Below, piece by piece: positions 19,830 to 31,593 of a DNA stretch of 64,000 nucleotides. The stretch's first letter is position 1, and each line of letters starts with the position of its first letter. The notes under the pieces were generated by a model. It searched no databases. It was given only the letters and a program-made list of their open reading frames with translations, and was not told the origin of the DNA. The stretch is from Candidatus Oxydemutatoraceae bacterium (GTDB taxonomy: Bacteria > Pseudomonadota > Gammaproteobacteria > Poriferisulfidales > Oxydemutatoraceae): assembly GCA_965218975.1 (NCBI GenBank), contig OZ244717.1, positions 576,001 to 640,000 of the forward strand, in the 5' to 3' direction. The position numbers and the translations under genes are program-made.

Positions 19830-20757
19830 TTTCCGTTTTTAGCCAATCGCGAGGCTGTAAATAGTTTAAGTATAAGCTTTCTTCGGCGCTTCCCGGCGCC
19901 GGCTTCCAATCATAGTGCCAAATCGCTTGCGGTGGTAGAGACATCAACATCGATTCGCTGCGCCCGCCGGATTGTAATCCGAACAAAGTGCCCCGATCAT
20001 AAATGAGGTTAAATTCGACATATCTGCCGCGACGGTATCGCTGGAACCATCGTTCGTGTTCGGTGTAGGGATGTGCTATGTGCCGTTTGACGATGGCAAG
20101 ATAGGCTGGAAGAAAACTGCCGCCTACGCTTTGTATAAACTTAAAACAAACAGGAAAGCCCCATGCATTGAGTTCGTCAAAAAATAATCCGCCGATACCG
20201 CGGGTTTCGTTGCGGTGCTTCAAAAAGAAATAATCGTCGCACCATTTTTTATAGCGCGGATACACTTCCGTGCCGAACGGCTGACATGCTGCATATGCGG
20301 CACGATGCCAAGTAATCGCATCTTCAAAAAACGGGTAGTAGGGTGTCAAATCGTAACCGCCGCCGAACCACCAAACCGGCGGGTCGGTTTGTGTAAGAAA
20401 AAATCGGATATTGCAATGCGTTGTCGGCACATAAGGATTAAGCGGGTGTGCAACAACCGACACACCCAATGCTTCAAAACCGCAATTGCGCTCGGCAATG
20501 TTAATATGCCGGCCCCTTGCAGCCGGCGGTAATTGATTGCCGTAGATATGCGAAAAATTAACTCCCGCTTTCTCAAACACATTGCCGTCCGACAAAGTAC
20601 GGGTGATGCCGCCGCCACCTTCCGTTCTTTGCCAGCGGTCGGTCGCAAAGTTTTGTTTGCCGTCGCTTTCGGATAAGGCGGCGCATAAATGTTTTTGCAG
20701 TTTGAGCAAGTACGTTTTCACTTCATCAATGCGAGGTATGATATTACGTGTATTCAC
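19813..20757 (-). CDS. hemF: Oxygen-dependent coproporphyrinogen III oxidase
   Basis: [47 protein letters not shown]. Confidence 0.96.
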   Translation of the reverse strand: MNTRNIIPRIDEVKTYLLKLQKHLCAALSESDGKQNFATDRWQRTEGGGGITRTLSDGNVFEKAGVNFSHIYGNQLPPAARGRHINIAERNCGFEALGVSVVAHPLNPYVPTTHCNIRFFLTQTDPPVWWFGGGYDLTPYYPFFEDAITWHRAAYAACQPFGTEVYPRYKKWCDDYFFLKHRNETRGIGGLFFDELNAWGFPVCFKFIQSVGGSFLPAYLAIVKRHIAHPYTEHERWFQRYRRGRYVEFNLIYDRGTLFGLQSGGRSESMLMSLPPQAIWHYDWKPAPGSAEESLYLNYLQPRDWLKTENVDAP

Positions 20758-20810
20758 GACAATATTCTACAGTGTTATATTTTCGGTGAGCGTCTCGCTT
20801 CAGGCTAAAC

Positions 20811-21359
20811 TCAGGTGCGGATATATGTACCGCTAATCGCATCGGCGATCGGCGTCGGTTTGCTTGCGCCGGCAACTTTACCGGTAACGATGCCGTCGAT
20901 TCCTAACGGAAAAATGCGCGCAACTTCTGCAGCGGTAGTCGCCGGCGGTTCGCCGTGCCGATTAGCGCTAGTAGACACCAATGCACACCCGGCGCTACGA
21001 CACAAAGCGGCGGCAATAGGGTGGGCGGTTACTCGCACGGCAATACTATCGTGCCCGCCGGTTAGCCATTTCGGACAACTGTCGGTTATCGGAAACAACC
21101 AAGTATGTGCTCCCGGCCAACTTGCGGCAACTATCTGTCTGCGATTCTCCGGAATCGCTTTGCAGTAGGAAGTGATTTGGTCGATATTCTCTGCAATTAA
21201 AATCATGCCGCAATGATGCGGACGTTTTTTTAGCCGATATATGCGTTTGACCGCAGCCTCAATATTCGGATCGCAACCAAGCCCAAATACCGCTTCGGTC
21301 GGATAAGCAACAATACCTCCGCGGCGGATGATGTTTGCCGCCTCGCTAATCTTTAGCAT
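20811..21359 (-). CDS. tsaC: L-threonylcarbamoyladenylate synthase (TsaC/YrdC)
   Basis: AYPTEAVFGLGCD, LKKR, STSAN. Confidence 0.93.
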   Translation of the reverse strand: MLKISEAANIIRRGGIVAYPTEAVFGLGCDPNIEAAVKRIYRLKKRPHHCGMILIAENIDQITSYCKAIPENRRQIVAASWPGAHTWLFPITDSCPKWLTGGHDSIAVRVTAHPIAAALCRSAGCALVSTSANRHGEPPATTAAEVARIFPLGIDGIVTGKVAGASKPTPIADAISGTYIRT

Positions 21360-23697
21360 TACCGAATTTCTTCTTCGCCGGTACGGCGCGTTTCTTTTTC
21401 AGAGGCGCTGCCTCCAGCAGGCTTTGACATTCTTCCAAACTTAATGTCGCAGCATCGGTGTCTTTGCCTATGCGCACGTTGTTACTGCCGTCGGTGATAA
21501 ACGGTCCCCATCGCCCTTTGAGGATTCGAACATTGCAGCCGGGGAAATCTCTAATGACTTTTTTGGCATCCGCTTGTTTCTTTGCTGCAATCACTTCCAA
21601 CGCGCGTTCCAAAGTAATGGTGTACGGGTCGTCTTCTTTGAGCGAGGCAAACTTGTTCCCGTATCTGAGATAAGGACCATATTTGCCGATATTCGCTTGC
21701 ACCGGTTCTCCTTCATGTGTTTCGCCGATTTCTCGCGGTAGATTAAACAATTCCAGCGCCTCTTCCAATATGATTTGACTGATCTTTTGGTGGGGACGCA
21801 ATGATGAAAATTGCGGTTTCTCGTCGTCTTCACGAGTGCCGATTTGCGCGTAAGGACCGTATCGTCCGAGCCGAACACTGACTGTTCTGCCGCTTTTCGG
21901 ATCAGTACCCAATTCGCGTATCGGACTGGCGTCGGCGCGGGTAACGTTTTTCTCCGTCGAGTCGACCATTTGCTTAAAAGGTTTCCAGAATTCACGCATT
22001 ACCGGAATCCAATCGCGTTCACCGCGCGAGATATTATCCAACTCGTCCTCCAAATCGGCGGTAAATTCGTAGTCGACATAGCGATTAAAATATTTGGTTA
22101 GGAAACAGTTTACAGTACGTCCGGTGTCGGTCGGGTGAAAACGTTTTTTTAGCAACTCGGCATAGCCGCGATTCTGTAATGTTGCAATAATTGACGCATA
22201 AGTTGACGGACGACCGATACCGTGCCCTTCAAGCGCTTTGACCAAGCTGGCTTCCGAATAGCGCGGCGGTGGTTCGGTGAAGTGCTGTTCGGCATTAATT
22301 TTCTCTAAAGCGACACGTTCCTTTTCGCTTAAAGGCGGTAATTTTTGTTCGTCCGAGTTTCCCTCTTTCTTTATTCTGCAACTGCTTGATTCCCTTTCTT
22401 CATGCGCTTCGGTATAGGCTAGCATAAAACCGGGTTCTATGACGGTCGAGCCGGTCGCGCGCAATGTGTAATCGCCACATTGAAAATCGACGCTTACCGT
22501 ATCTAAGGTTGCATGAATCATCTGACATGCAACGGTACGTTTCCAAATTAATTCGTACAAACGGTACTGGTCGGCCTGCAAATAATTTTTAGTCGATCGG
22601 GGAGTGTGCATCATTGAAGTCGGGCGTATGGCTTCGTGCGCTTCTTGAGCATTTTTAGATTTGGTTTTATACAAACGCGGTTTGTCGGGGACACGTTCCT
22701 TTCCATACTCCCGCCCTATGTAATTACGGATTTCTTTGATTGCGTCATTGGCAAGTGTGACCGAATCGGTCCGCATGTAAGTGATCAAGCCGACCGGGCC
22801 GGAACCCAAATCAATTCCTTCGTACAATTGTTGTGCAATGCGCATCGCTTTGCTTGCTGAGAACCCGAGCTTACGTACCGCATCTTGTTGTAAGGTTGAT
22901 GTGGTGAACGGCGGCTGAGGATGACGCTTACGTTGTTTCTTTTCAATTTTTGCGACAGACACTCCGTCTGCGGCAACAGTTCGGATTGCATCACGTATTT
23001 GAAAAGCGTGCTTTTCATCAGCGATATCAAACTGATTGACTTTTTTCCCATTGATCGCATACAGACGCGCAGGGAATCGGCTTTCCTCTTTGTTTAGCAA
23101 AGCATCAATCGTCCAGTATTCGCGCGGTTTGAATGCTTCGATTTCGAGTTCTCTTTCGACGATCATGCGCAATGCCGGACTCTGCACGCGCCCCGCTGAT
23201 AACCCACTTTTGATTTTGCGCCATAATAACGGCGACAGATTAAATCCGACCAGATGATCCAATGCTCGACGCGCTTGTTGCGCATTAATTAAATCGTTCG
23301 ATAAGTTGCGCGGATTTTCAAATGCTTTGAGAATTGCGCTTTCGGTTATTTCGTGAAAGACGATGCGGTAGATGTTTTTTTTGCCCAAGAGTTTCTTTTC
23401 TTTAAGCAGTTCGCACAGATGCCATGAGATCGCTTCACCCTCACGATCGGGGTCGGTGGCAAGATACAGGTTGTCCGCTTTTTTCAAGGAGGTAACAATT
23501 TGCCCGATTTGTTTTCCGCTGTTTTTTAATGCCTCGTACTTCATTTCAAAATCATTGTCAGGATCAACCGCGCCTTTTTTCGGAATGAGGTCGCGGATAT
23601 GTCCGTACGAGGCAAGGATATCATAATCCTCACCTAGAAATTTCTTGAGCGTTCTAGATTTTGCCGGTGACTCGACGACAACTAAATTCATGAGCAA
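21346..23697 (-). CDS. topA: DNA topoisomerase I
   Basis: VVESPAK, ATDPDREGEAI, SAGRVQS, ITYMRTDS, AQEAHEAIRP; C-terminal GRYGPY repeats. Confidence 0.97.
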   Translation of the reverse strand: MLMNLVVVESPAKSRTLKKFLGEDYDILASYGHIRDLIPKKGAVDPDNDFEMKYEALKNSGKQIGQIVTSLKKADNLYLATDPDREGEAISWHLCELLKEKKLLGKKNIYRIVFHEITESAILKAFENPRNLSNDLINAQQARRALDHLVGFNLSPLLWRKIKSGLSAGRVQSPALRMIVERELEIEAFKPREYWTIDALLNKEESRFPARLYAINGKKVNQFDIADEKHAFQIRDAIRTVAADGVSVAKIEKKQRKRHPQPPFTTSTLQQDAVRKLGFSASKAMRIAQQLYEGIDLGSGPVGLITYMRTDSVTLANDAIKEIRNYIGREYGKERVPDKPRLYKTKSKNAQEAHEAIRPTSMMHTPRSTKNYLQADQYRLYELIWKRTVACQMIHATLDTVSVDFQCGDYTLRATGSTVIEPGFMLAYTEAHEERESSSCRIKKEGNSDEQKLPPLSEKERVALEKINAEQHFTEPPPRYSEASLVKALEGHGIGRPSTYASIIATLQNRGYAELLKKRFHPTDTGRTVNCFLTKYFNRYVDYEFTADLEDELDNISRGERDWIPVMREFWKPFKQMVDSTEKNVTRADASPIRELGTDPKSGRTVSVRLGRYGPYAQIGTREDDEKPQFSSLRPHQKISQIILEEALELFNLPREIGETHEGEPVQANIGKYGPYLRYGNKFASLKEDDPYTITLERALEVIAAKKQADAKKVIRDFPGCNVRILKGRWGPFITDGSNNVRIGKDTDAATLSLEECQSLLEAAPLKKKRAVPAKKKFGNAKD

Positions 23698-23727
23698 ACC
23701 TCTTTCAAAATAATGAATCGATATAGT

Positions 23728-24840
23728 TTATAACAAACGGATGTAAACGCTATTTTGTACGCTAATATACCCTTTTAATTCCAATGCGGATAAGGTGGAT
23801 AAAATTTCAGAAATAGGTAAATTACACCGCGTTACAAGATCATCCGCCGTTGTGGGCGAATCATACTCCATCTTTATCAACACTTCTTGTTGGTGAGGAT
23901 TTAAGTCTGCTTCGGGTGTCGCAACCGTTGTTGCGGAATCCATCTGCGATGTTGCTGATATATCAAGCATCGGTGCCAATTCGGCAATGATATCTTCCGG
24001 GGTATGTACTAATTTTGCGCCCTGTTGAATCAAACGATGACAACCAGCAACCATCGGATTGCTCACCGAACCCGGGAGAGCCAAAACTTCGCGATTTTGT
24101 TCGCATGCAAAACTTGCAGTAATTAACGAGCCGCTGCGTCGTGCGGCTTCCACCACTAAAACACCGAGAGATAATCCGCTGATAAGCCGATTACGCTGTG
24201 GGAAGTGCTGTGACTTTGCTCGTATGCCGCAGGAAAATTCCGACACGATCACACCATCTTCCGCAATACGTTCGGCAAGTTTCTTATTTTGTGTCGGATA
24301 CACCAAATCAGATCCGGTTGCAATGACTGCAACAGTGGGTGCGTTGTAATCTAAGGCAGCCCGATGTGCGGCTGTATCGATACCCAATGCAAGACCGCTG
24401 GTAATTGTCAAGCCGTAGTTTACAAGTGCGCCGACAAAGTTATGTGTATGACGTAATCCGGCAGCAGTCGGACGACGGGAGCCGACGACAGCAATTTGAG
24501 GCAGTTTCAATAAATCGATGACACCGGTAGCAAATAATACGACCGGCGCGGCGCTAATTTCACGTAATTGCGGTGGGTATGCCGCATCGGTATAAATGAG
24601 AATATGATGGTCGGTTTGTTGTCCCCATGCCAAGTCACGCTCAATTAATGGCTCGCATGGCTGCTGTAAAAATTGGATGGTTACTTGATGCATGCCGTTA
24701 GCTTTAAGCTCCGCTGCCGACGTCGAACGCAGTGTGACAATATCGCCATAGTGCTGTAAATATTTTAATGCACGGCGCGCGCCCAACTTAGGCGCATGAT
24801 GTAAAGTCAGCCAATCGTGTAGCGATATTGATCCGTGCAT
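23728..24840 (-). CDS. dprA: DNA processing protein DprA (Smf)
   Basis: AVVGSR, SGLALGID..AH, FPQRNRLISG, VEAARRSGSLIT; C-terminal winged helix. Confidence 0.95.
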   Translation of the reverse strand: MHGSISLHDWLTLHHAPKLGARRALKYLQHYGDIVTLRSTSAAELKANGMHQVTIQFLQQPCEPLIERDLAWGQQTDHHILIYTDAAYPPQLREISAAPVVLFATGVIDLLKLPQIAVVGSRRPTAAGLRHTHNFVGALVNYGLTITSGLALGIDTAAHRAALDYNAPTVAVIATGSDLVYPTQNKKLAERIAEDGVIVSEFSCGIRAKSQHFPQRNRLISGLSLGVLVVEAARRSGSLITASFACEQNREVLALPGSVSNPMVAGCHRLIQQGAKLVHTPEDIIAELAPMLDISATSQMDSATTVATPEADLNPHQQEVLIKMEYDSPTTADDLVTRCNLPISEILSTLSALELKGYISVQNSVYIRLL

Positions 24841-25066
24841 CCGTCTATTGAAAGAGACCTTTTGCGCTCGCTGAAAGACTTCCCGATGAATGGCAGTGTT
24901 TGAGAGATAGATGGTTGTGGTCTAAAGTTTGTAAAAACCCTTTCCGTCCCGCAGTTATAGGATCTTCTTGAAGAGAAGCTCAAGGATAATGCTATTGCCG
25001 AATGCTTCCCTTGAAGATCTTCAAGAATCCCATTTAGGGTGGCATCGTACAACTGAGGCGTAAATT

Positions 25067-25075
25067 TGCTATAAT
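25067..25075 (+). promoter_or_regulatory. Extended -10 element (TGCTATAAT) upstream of def
   Basis: Consensus TGnTATAAT 33 bp before ATG 25109. Confidence 0.55.
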
Positions 25076-25108
25076 ATCCATTATAGCGATGACCGAAGCG
25101 GTGATGAG

Positions 25109-25627
25109 ATGGCGATATTAAATATTCTAAAATTTCCTGATAAACGCCTTAGGAATAAAGCGGAGTCTGTTTTGCAAGTGGATAATAAAGTGCGTCAGAT
25201 AGTGGATGATATGTTGGAGACCATGTACGAAGCGGCAGGTATCGGCTTGGCGGCAATTCAAGTTGACATCAAACAGAAAATTATTGTGATTGATATTTCC
25301 GAAGATCGCGATATACCTCTGTGTTTGATCAATCCTGAAATTCTCGAACAAGAAGGCCGCGCTGAAATTGAGGAAGGATGCCTATCGGTACCGGATTATT
25401 CGGCGAAAGTACAACGTGCCACGAAGTTAAAAGCGCATGCGCTCAACCGTGACGGCAAGTCGTTCGAGCTTAACGCGGACGGATTGTTGGCAATCTGTAT
25501 TCAACATGAAATGGATCATTTGGACGGTAAATTATTTATCGATTATTTGTCGCCGCTGAAACGTGAGTATCTGACGCGCCGGATTAGGAAAAAGCATACG
25601 AGCAAAATTCAAGCCGTCGCCATTTAG
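25109..25627 (+). CDS. def: Peptide deformylase
   Basis: [19 protein letters not shown]. Confidence 0.97.
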   Translation: MAILNILKFPDKRLRNKAESVLQVDNKVRQIVDDMLETMYEAAGIGLAAIQVDIKQKIIVIDISEDRDIPLCLINPEILEQEGRAEIEEGCLSVPDYSAKVQRATKLKAHALNRDGKSFELNADGLLAICIQHEMDHLDGKLFIDYLSPLKREYLTRRIRKKHTSKIQAVAI

Positions 25628-25666
25628 CAATATCTCTTTCTCTTTGTTTCTTTACTACTGCGGTGA

Positions 25667-26641
25667 TTGACTATGCGTGTTGTCTTTGCCGGCACGCTGG
25701 CTTCTACCATCCCTATCATCGAGACGATTGCACGAAACACACAGAAATGTTCACTTGTTGCAATCTACACCCAACCCGATCGTAAAGCCGGACGCGGGCG
25801 CAAACCGAGAGCAAGCGCGGTCAAGCAATGGGCGTTGGCGCGCGGGTATTCATTGGAGCAACCCGCGCAGTGGGATGAAGCGGCAATAGTGCAGTTGCGG
25901 CAATATCGGCCGGATTTACTGATTGTCGCTGCGTATGGTGTGCTGCTTCCGCAAGCGGTTATCAATTTGCCGTCACTTGCGTGCATGAATATTCACACAT
26001 CTTTATTGCCTAGGTGGCGCGGCGCCGCGCCGGTGGTACGTGCCATTCAACACGGCGATACGGTTACCGGCGTGAGCTTGATGCGGATGCGTTTGGCGCT
26101 TGATACCGGGGAGATTATTAGTCAGAATAAATGCCCGATTTCTGAGGTTGACACTGCCGGTACATTGTGTCAAAAACTCATGGCATCGGTGAGTACGATG
26201 CTTGAGGATTTTCTAAAGGATGCCGCAAGTAAAATTGCTGAAGCTAAGCCGCAATCTGATGCGGGAGTATGCTATGCGCAAAAAATCACTAAACAGGAGG
26301 CGTGGATTGACTGGAATCAATCGGCACGGCAGATTGTTCGACAAGTTCGCGCATTCAATCCGATACCGGTTGCTCAGACGTACTGTCAAGACAGTAGTTT
26401 AAGGGTGTGGCGTGCTGCGGTTTTTGATTCGGTATCCGCCGCAACTCCGAGTGCAGAAAATGTGCCGGGAGAGATTATTGCAGTTCAACCTGCAGGCATC
26501 GCCGTTCGCTGCGGTAAAGGGATAGTGTCTTTGACCGAAGTGCAGCTTGCCGGGAGAAAAGTTTTGCCGGCATTTTCTTTTGCTCAAGGGTATGATTTGG
26601 CTGGGGTTGTGCTAGGCAAGTCGCTGCAAGACGAAGAATAG
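25667..26641 (+). CDS. fmt: Methionyl-tRNA formyltransferase
   Basis: TQPDR..GRG, NIHTSLLPRWRGAAP, LDTG, RAFNP; follows def. Confidence 0.95.
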   Translation: MTMRVVFAGTLASTIPIIETIARNTQKCSLVAIYTQPDRKAGRGRKPRASAVKQWALARGYSLEQPAQWDEAAIVQLRQYRPDLLIVAAYGVLLPQAVINLPSLACMNIHTSLLPRWRGAAPVVRAIQHGDTVTGVSLMRMRLALDTGEIISQNKCPISEVDTAGTLCQKLMASVSTMLEDFLKDAASKIAEAKPQSDAGVCYAQKITKQEAWIDWNQSARQIVRQVRAFNPIPVAQTYCQDSSLRVWRAAVFDSVSAATPSAENVPGEIIAVQPAGIAVRCGKGIVSLTEVQLAGRKVLPAFSFAQGYDLAGVVLGKSLQDEE

Positions 26642-26679
26642 TAAAGGGCCGGGCACATACCGTGAAATACTTCTCAATC

Positions 26680-27055
26680 AGTGGCGAAAAGCCCCGGCAT
26701 GGCCTCTAGGTATTGAAGTAGAAAAGGGTATTTTCCGCAGAGGAAATGATGAAGAAATCCGGACCGGAAGGTTGACATGCGCGACATAGAAACGAAGCTT
26801 GCGAGCGGATAACGTAGTAGAATCAAGGATTACAAAGCAATCGTTCGAGACTCCGATAACAAAGTACTGGGGTTGTGGGTACAAACCGGAAGCCTGCGCA
26901 GAACGGGCAGGTATTTAAGTTCCTAGATCCGTTTGTTAATGCGGGCAGCATTTAGCTTGAAACAGCAGGCAGCCTAAAGGACGGACGTAACGTCTGGGTG
27001 CTTGCAAGTCTAGGCTCCGGTTTTACCCCGGCAAAGGGTGATGAAATGAGGTTGA
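26680..27055 (+). pseudogene. DUF932 (TIGR03299-like phage/plasmid protein) pseudogene
   Basis: Fragments across frames: KDYKAIVRDSDNKVLG and FLDPFVNAGSI*LETAGSLKDGRNVWVLA..GDEM; frameshifts and in-frame stop. Confidence 0.65.
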
Positions 27056-27128
27056 TTTTTCAGCAGGCGAAAGCGCGTCCGTAGCAATGGCAAATGCGCT
27101 AATGTGTGTAAATACAAAACTGTGCATA

Positions 27129-30100
27129 TCAGGCCCAGAGCCAATCCAGTTCCGAGAACGCGAGCTTGCGGTCAAAGTTCTCGATGTTGTCTCGGACATT
27201 CAGGATCAGGCAGCGGTCGCCGCCGCCATTCTTCGGTCCCCGCAAGCCCCTGCCGATCATTTGGAAGTAAAGGTTCGGGCTATACACCGGCCGTGCCACG
27301 ATGATGGCGCGGGTCTTGGGCGCGTCGAATCCCTCCCGGAACACGGCGTAGTTCACGAGCGCTTTGATCTCGCCGCGACGGAACTCCTCGACCACGCGGC
27401 GGCGGGTCGCCGTTTCCGTCTCTGCACTCACGGCGCGCGACCGGATGCCCCTCCGATTGAGGAGAGCCGCCACCGTCTGCGCATGCTCGACGGATGTCGC
27501 GAAGATGAGGGTGGGCCAATCCGGATCGACATGCTGTCCATAGGCTTCGATAATGCGCCTCGTCTGTTCGGCGCTCCGGGCGATCCGGTCCTCGACACTC
27601 GGCGGCAACCAAGGCAGCGACAGCCACTTTTCCAGTTCCCGCTCCCGATCATCGGAGTCGAGGGAGTTTTCCAAGATATCGTCGAGCGAGAATGTTTCGC
27701 CCTCGATGGTTTTGTGATCCGCTTGGGCCAGCACATCCTTAGCCTGTAGCTCCTGAATAACGTCTTGGGCGTTGTCGCTCTCGAATGCTCCGGCATCGAG
27801 CCGGTTGCCACCGTAACGATTGGCCAGCCACTTTGTTTCTTCCTCGTTGTATCCACGATAGGGAGTAGCGGTGAGGCCGAGCATGAATGGCTCGTCGGCC
27901 CTTTGGAAGCGCGTCAAGCCGATTTCGTCCATAACCGAAGTGAAGGTCGGGGCAATCGACCGATGCGCCTCGTCGAAGACGACCAGCTTGAAATTGGCCA
28001 GAAATTCGTATTCGCCGGGCTGCTTGGATAGCTTGGCATTGAGCGTCTGGATCGTCGCGACGACGACATGAAGGTCGCTTGTGGGGAGCGGTTTCGGTTG
28101 TCCGTCCCACATTCTGGAAACGCGAAGATGCGATTCATGAGGACCGATACTCGACCAGACTTGGCGCCAAGCCTCCATAGCCTGCTCGCAAAGCTCGCTC
28201 CGGTCAGCGACCCATAGGATGCCACCTTTGAAGCCGCCATCGCGCATCGCTTCGACGATCGCCTGAACGGCAACCCGCGTTTTACCCGATCCGGTCGGCA
28301 TGCTGATCATCCCGCGTCGTTCGGCACCGCCCCCGTGCTCGTTATCCAGCATGTTTCGGACGTTATCGGCGATAGTCTTCTGGTAGTCATGGAGGAGCGA
28401 AAGGGAGCAGGGACCTTCGACTTCCAAGAAGGGATCACGTTTCTTCTTTCGCTCTCCGGCCCATTCAGTGGAGAACCCGAGCGAATGCACGAACTCGATG
28501 GCCCGAGGCGACCCGGCCCATTGCGACGGCGGATCGAGACGGTCCAGCGCTTGCTTGTATCGCTTGAGCGCATCGGTGTGATACATCGCGATGGCCGCTC
28601 CCGTGATCTTGACGCCCGTCAGCGTGATGCTGTCCTTCTCGAGCTTGAGCACGTCCAAAAGCGAAGCAGGAAGTTCTGTGTGTAGCTGTTGTTCTCCCAC
28701 CGCAGCCAAGAGACGTTCGGCATCGGTCAAGTGCTGCCGTATTGCGGCGCGTTGTTCCTCGATCTCCTGCGGCGTCTTGCGCTGCACAATTGCCAAAATC
28801 TGCGTGGGACTCAGTTTAAGTTCCAATTCGCCTGCAACGACCTTCAGTTTACGTTGCTCGTCATCGTCAACAGTGCCTTCGAGATAGATGTCGGGGGAGA
28901 GAAAGACACACTCGCGTGATTCATCCATGACCAGGATTCGTTCGCAGGGGACGATACGGCATCGCTTCTGATGATCCTGAAGGTGTTCCTCCAATCCGGG
29001 CCAAACATCGGTCAGTGGGATTGGGTCTCCTTCGCTGAATAACTTCGGGGTTGGTTCGGTCAGATCGAACGCCGCCTTGATTTCTTCGGCTTTCGGATGG
29101 TTCAGTAGCACGTGCAGAGCTTCCGGGTTCGCCGGGTGAGGCCCAAGTGCGTCCTTCAGCGACACAATGCCAGTGGACGTTCGGATTCGTCCGTGCTCGT
29201 GGAGCATCCAGACTGCTGGCGATTTACACTCTAACGGTAGGTAGGTACAGGTCAGATCCCTTGTGCCGCATCGTCCATGGGCCGTACACGGCATTGTTTG
29301 ACAATAGAGCATTCGTAAATTGTGCACGACCTTCATCGGAGAGATGACGAAGAACTTCCAATGGTCCACAACCGACGCTCGTCTCGAAACCTAGAAGATA
29401 GGAATGTGGATTCTTTTCTAAAGAGCGACTAGCGAACCGCTTGCGCCAGTAGCCCAGGAACTCTTCAAACGACGGCTCCGCCGACAGATCGCAGTCGTCG
29501 TGTGGCACTTCCGTCGCATCAAGAGCGCGCAGCAACTTTTTGTCCGGTTCGTGGAAGTGCATATCCACAGTCGCATCATCGTCCCGACTTCCATCGCCCG
29601 GCACGATGTCGCCCGGCAGCAGCACGGAGTGCAAAGGCTGCCAAGTACCCGCACGCATCCGCACTCAGAGTTTCATGGGCCATAGTTCTCGCCCTTTCTG
29701 ATCCTTTGGCCCCCGAACAATGGCATCAGCGTCTTCCACCGACAGCTTGCGCGAAGCGGTCCAGAACTCCTGATGAAGGTTCTCGCTTGCTTCTTGACCG
29801 GCGCCGCTTCCGAGGATGTGTTTTGCTACAACGTTGAACCTGTTCTCTGGCGACGGCAGCTTGAGGCCCAGCTTCTTCAACGCCGAAAGTGTGTCGGGGT
29901 CCGACGCCAGTTTCGGATGGACGCAAGACTTCGGGTCCGCGGGATCGTCTCCGTTCAGCGCATTGTCAGGCAGGAAGAGGCGTTCGGAATCGGGCGACCG
30001 CCAATCGCTGTTTGCTGTCAGGACGATATCGCCAAGTCCTTCGTCCGACCTTGCTTCGGACGGTATCGCTGCAGCCGTCTGTATCGCCGCCATGGACGCC

Positions 30101-31593
30101 CGAATCGCCTCGTCTCCTTCCTTGCCCTCCACGAGCGCCCGCAGCCACACCGCGATCGGGGCCCTGGGCGCGGGCTCGCTATCGTGGGATCCATAATCTG
30201 ACCGCTTCCGTTTCGGAGGAAACAACCGGTCAATGGTAGCAAGCCGATTGCGTGTGAGTGCTTTATGATGAAGCCAATTGCGCGGACGGTCCGGGTATGC
30301 CGCCCAGCGCTCAAGCGGCTCTAGCTTTGAGGTTAACTCTTTCGGTGGGTACAAGAGGTTATTGTAAACACATAAGTTCCTACCTTGATCGGGGATAATT
30401 TCGCATTTGTGAAGATTAGTGAACAGGAGATCGCGAAGAAGATCGACCTGTTTGGAATCGCCTCCCCCGTGTCGGCGCGGCAACGCATCCAAATGCTGGG
30501 CAGGGTCGTCATGAGTCGTGAGTTCCGGGAGCGCTTCGGCAATCATCGCCGCCGCCGCTTTGATCAGCTCCTCATTGTACGCTCCCGGCAACAGATTCTG
30601 TCGATCCTCGTTGGTCTTCCATGGCGCATTAAGGATACCTGCGACGAGGCTCGCGGTGTCGGTCGGAAAGAATGCCCAGAATTGGCCCGGATCGGGCAAC
30701 CTATTGAGCGGTACTGCCCACTGGATGCGCACCTTCTTGTCGCTGCCGTCCCCGGATCGCTGGTTGTCGTCGTCACGAGCATCACTCGACAGCGGGTGGG
30801 TGCACTCGAACAGTTTCCATTCATTGATCGTATCCTTGTTAGCTAGCGTATCCTTGTCAGCTAGGAGGTACTTGTCGTTGTCCCTCTCTAGCTCCAGCAC
30901 GCGGTTCAACTTCTTTGAATTGTCGGTGAGCGTGATCTTCTTGACGTGTGCAACGAAAAGGAGAAACATCGGCGGGAAGCCCTGAATCTGCTGGGCAAGC
31001 TCCCCGTGCGCTCCCATCCTGAGGGGCAGGCGAACAATGTTCGTCGCCCAACTCATCAGTTCCCGCAATTCTTCATCCGTTTTCTTTGCGTCCTCGGGAT
31101 CAACGGGCTCGGGTAGACGCAGCACCGGGTAGTGATCGGCCGGTGCGACCTTTGCTATGCGCTCCGCCGCGCGCCTCTTGTCGAAACGGAACGAACCTGA
31201 GCGGCTGTAGAACTCGGGCGCGTCGGTCACGCGCAAGACAGACTTGAAGCCGCGCCCGAATCTGCCGATCGCGGCGGTGTTCCGCTTGCTCGACATTCGG
31301 TCGAACATCAGCCCCTTAACACCGTCTTTATCTATGGGAGTTCCGTCATCGGCGCAGTAGAGGAATCCTTTCGTCAGGCAGATCAGGATGCGCTTCCCTT
31401 TCGGCGCATCAAGCAAGGCATCGGCACTGTTCTGGACGAGTTCGAACAATTGGCGGTGGGCATATCCGCCCTGAGCTGTATCTTGTTCCAACCGGGCGTG
31501 TTCCGTTATCAGATTCGGTTGCTCGCGGTATACATTGAAGCTCTTTTTCGCTTCCTTGACGATGAACGCGCCCAACGGATCTTCAAGGACCAA
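27129..31593 (-). pseudogene. Large sacsin-like HATPase plus SF2 (DEAH) helicase gene, split by an in-frame TGA (29665-29667) and a frameshift near 29250
   Basis: ELVQNSAD, DDG, IGRFGRGFKSV (HATPase); MPTGSGKT, FDEAH, GLTATP, EGFDAP, QMIGRGLR (helicase); ORF 29224-29664 continues in frame after the stop; GC-richer than host. Confidence 0.8.

Noticed and set aside
24841-25060. dprA-def intergenic ORF (24807-25052) as a LysM gene relic
   Set aside because: No recognisable LysM or other motif; cannot be supported by eye.
27087-27749. 220-aa plus-strand ORF and other short ORFs in 27-31 kb
   Set aside because: Antisense or alternate-frame shadows of the GC-rich helicase gene.
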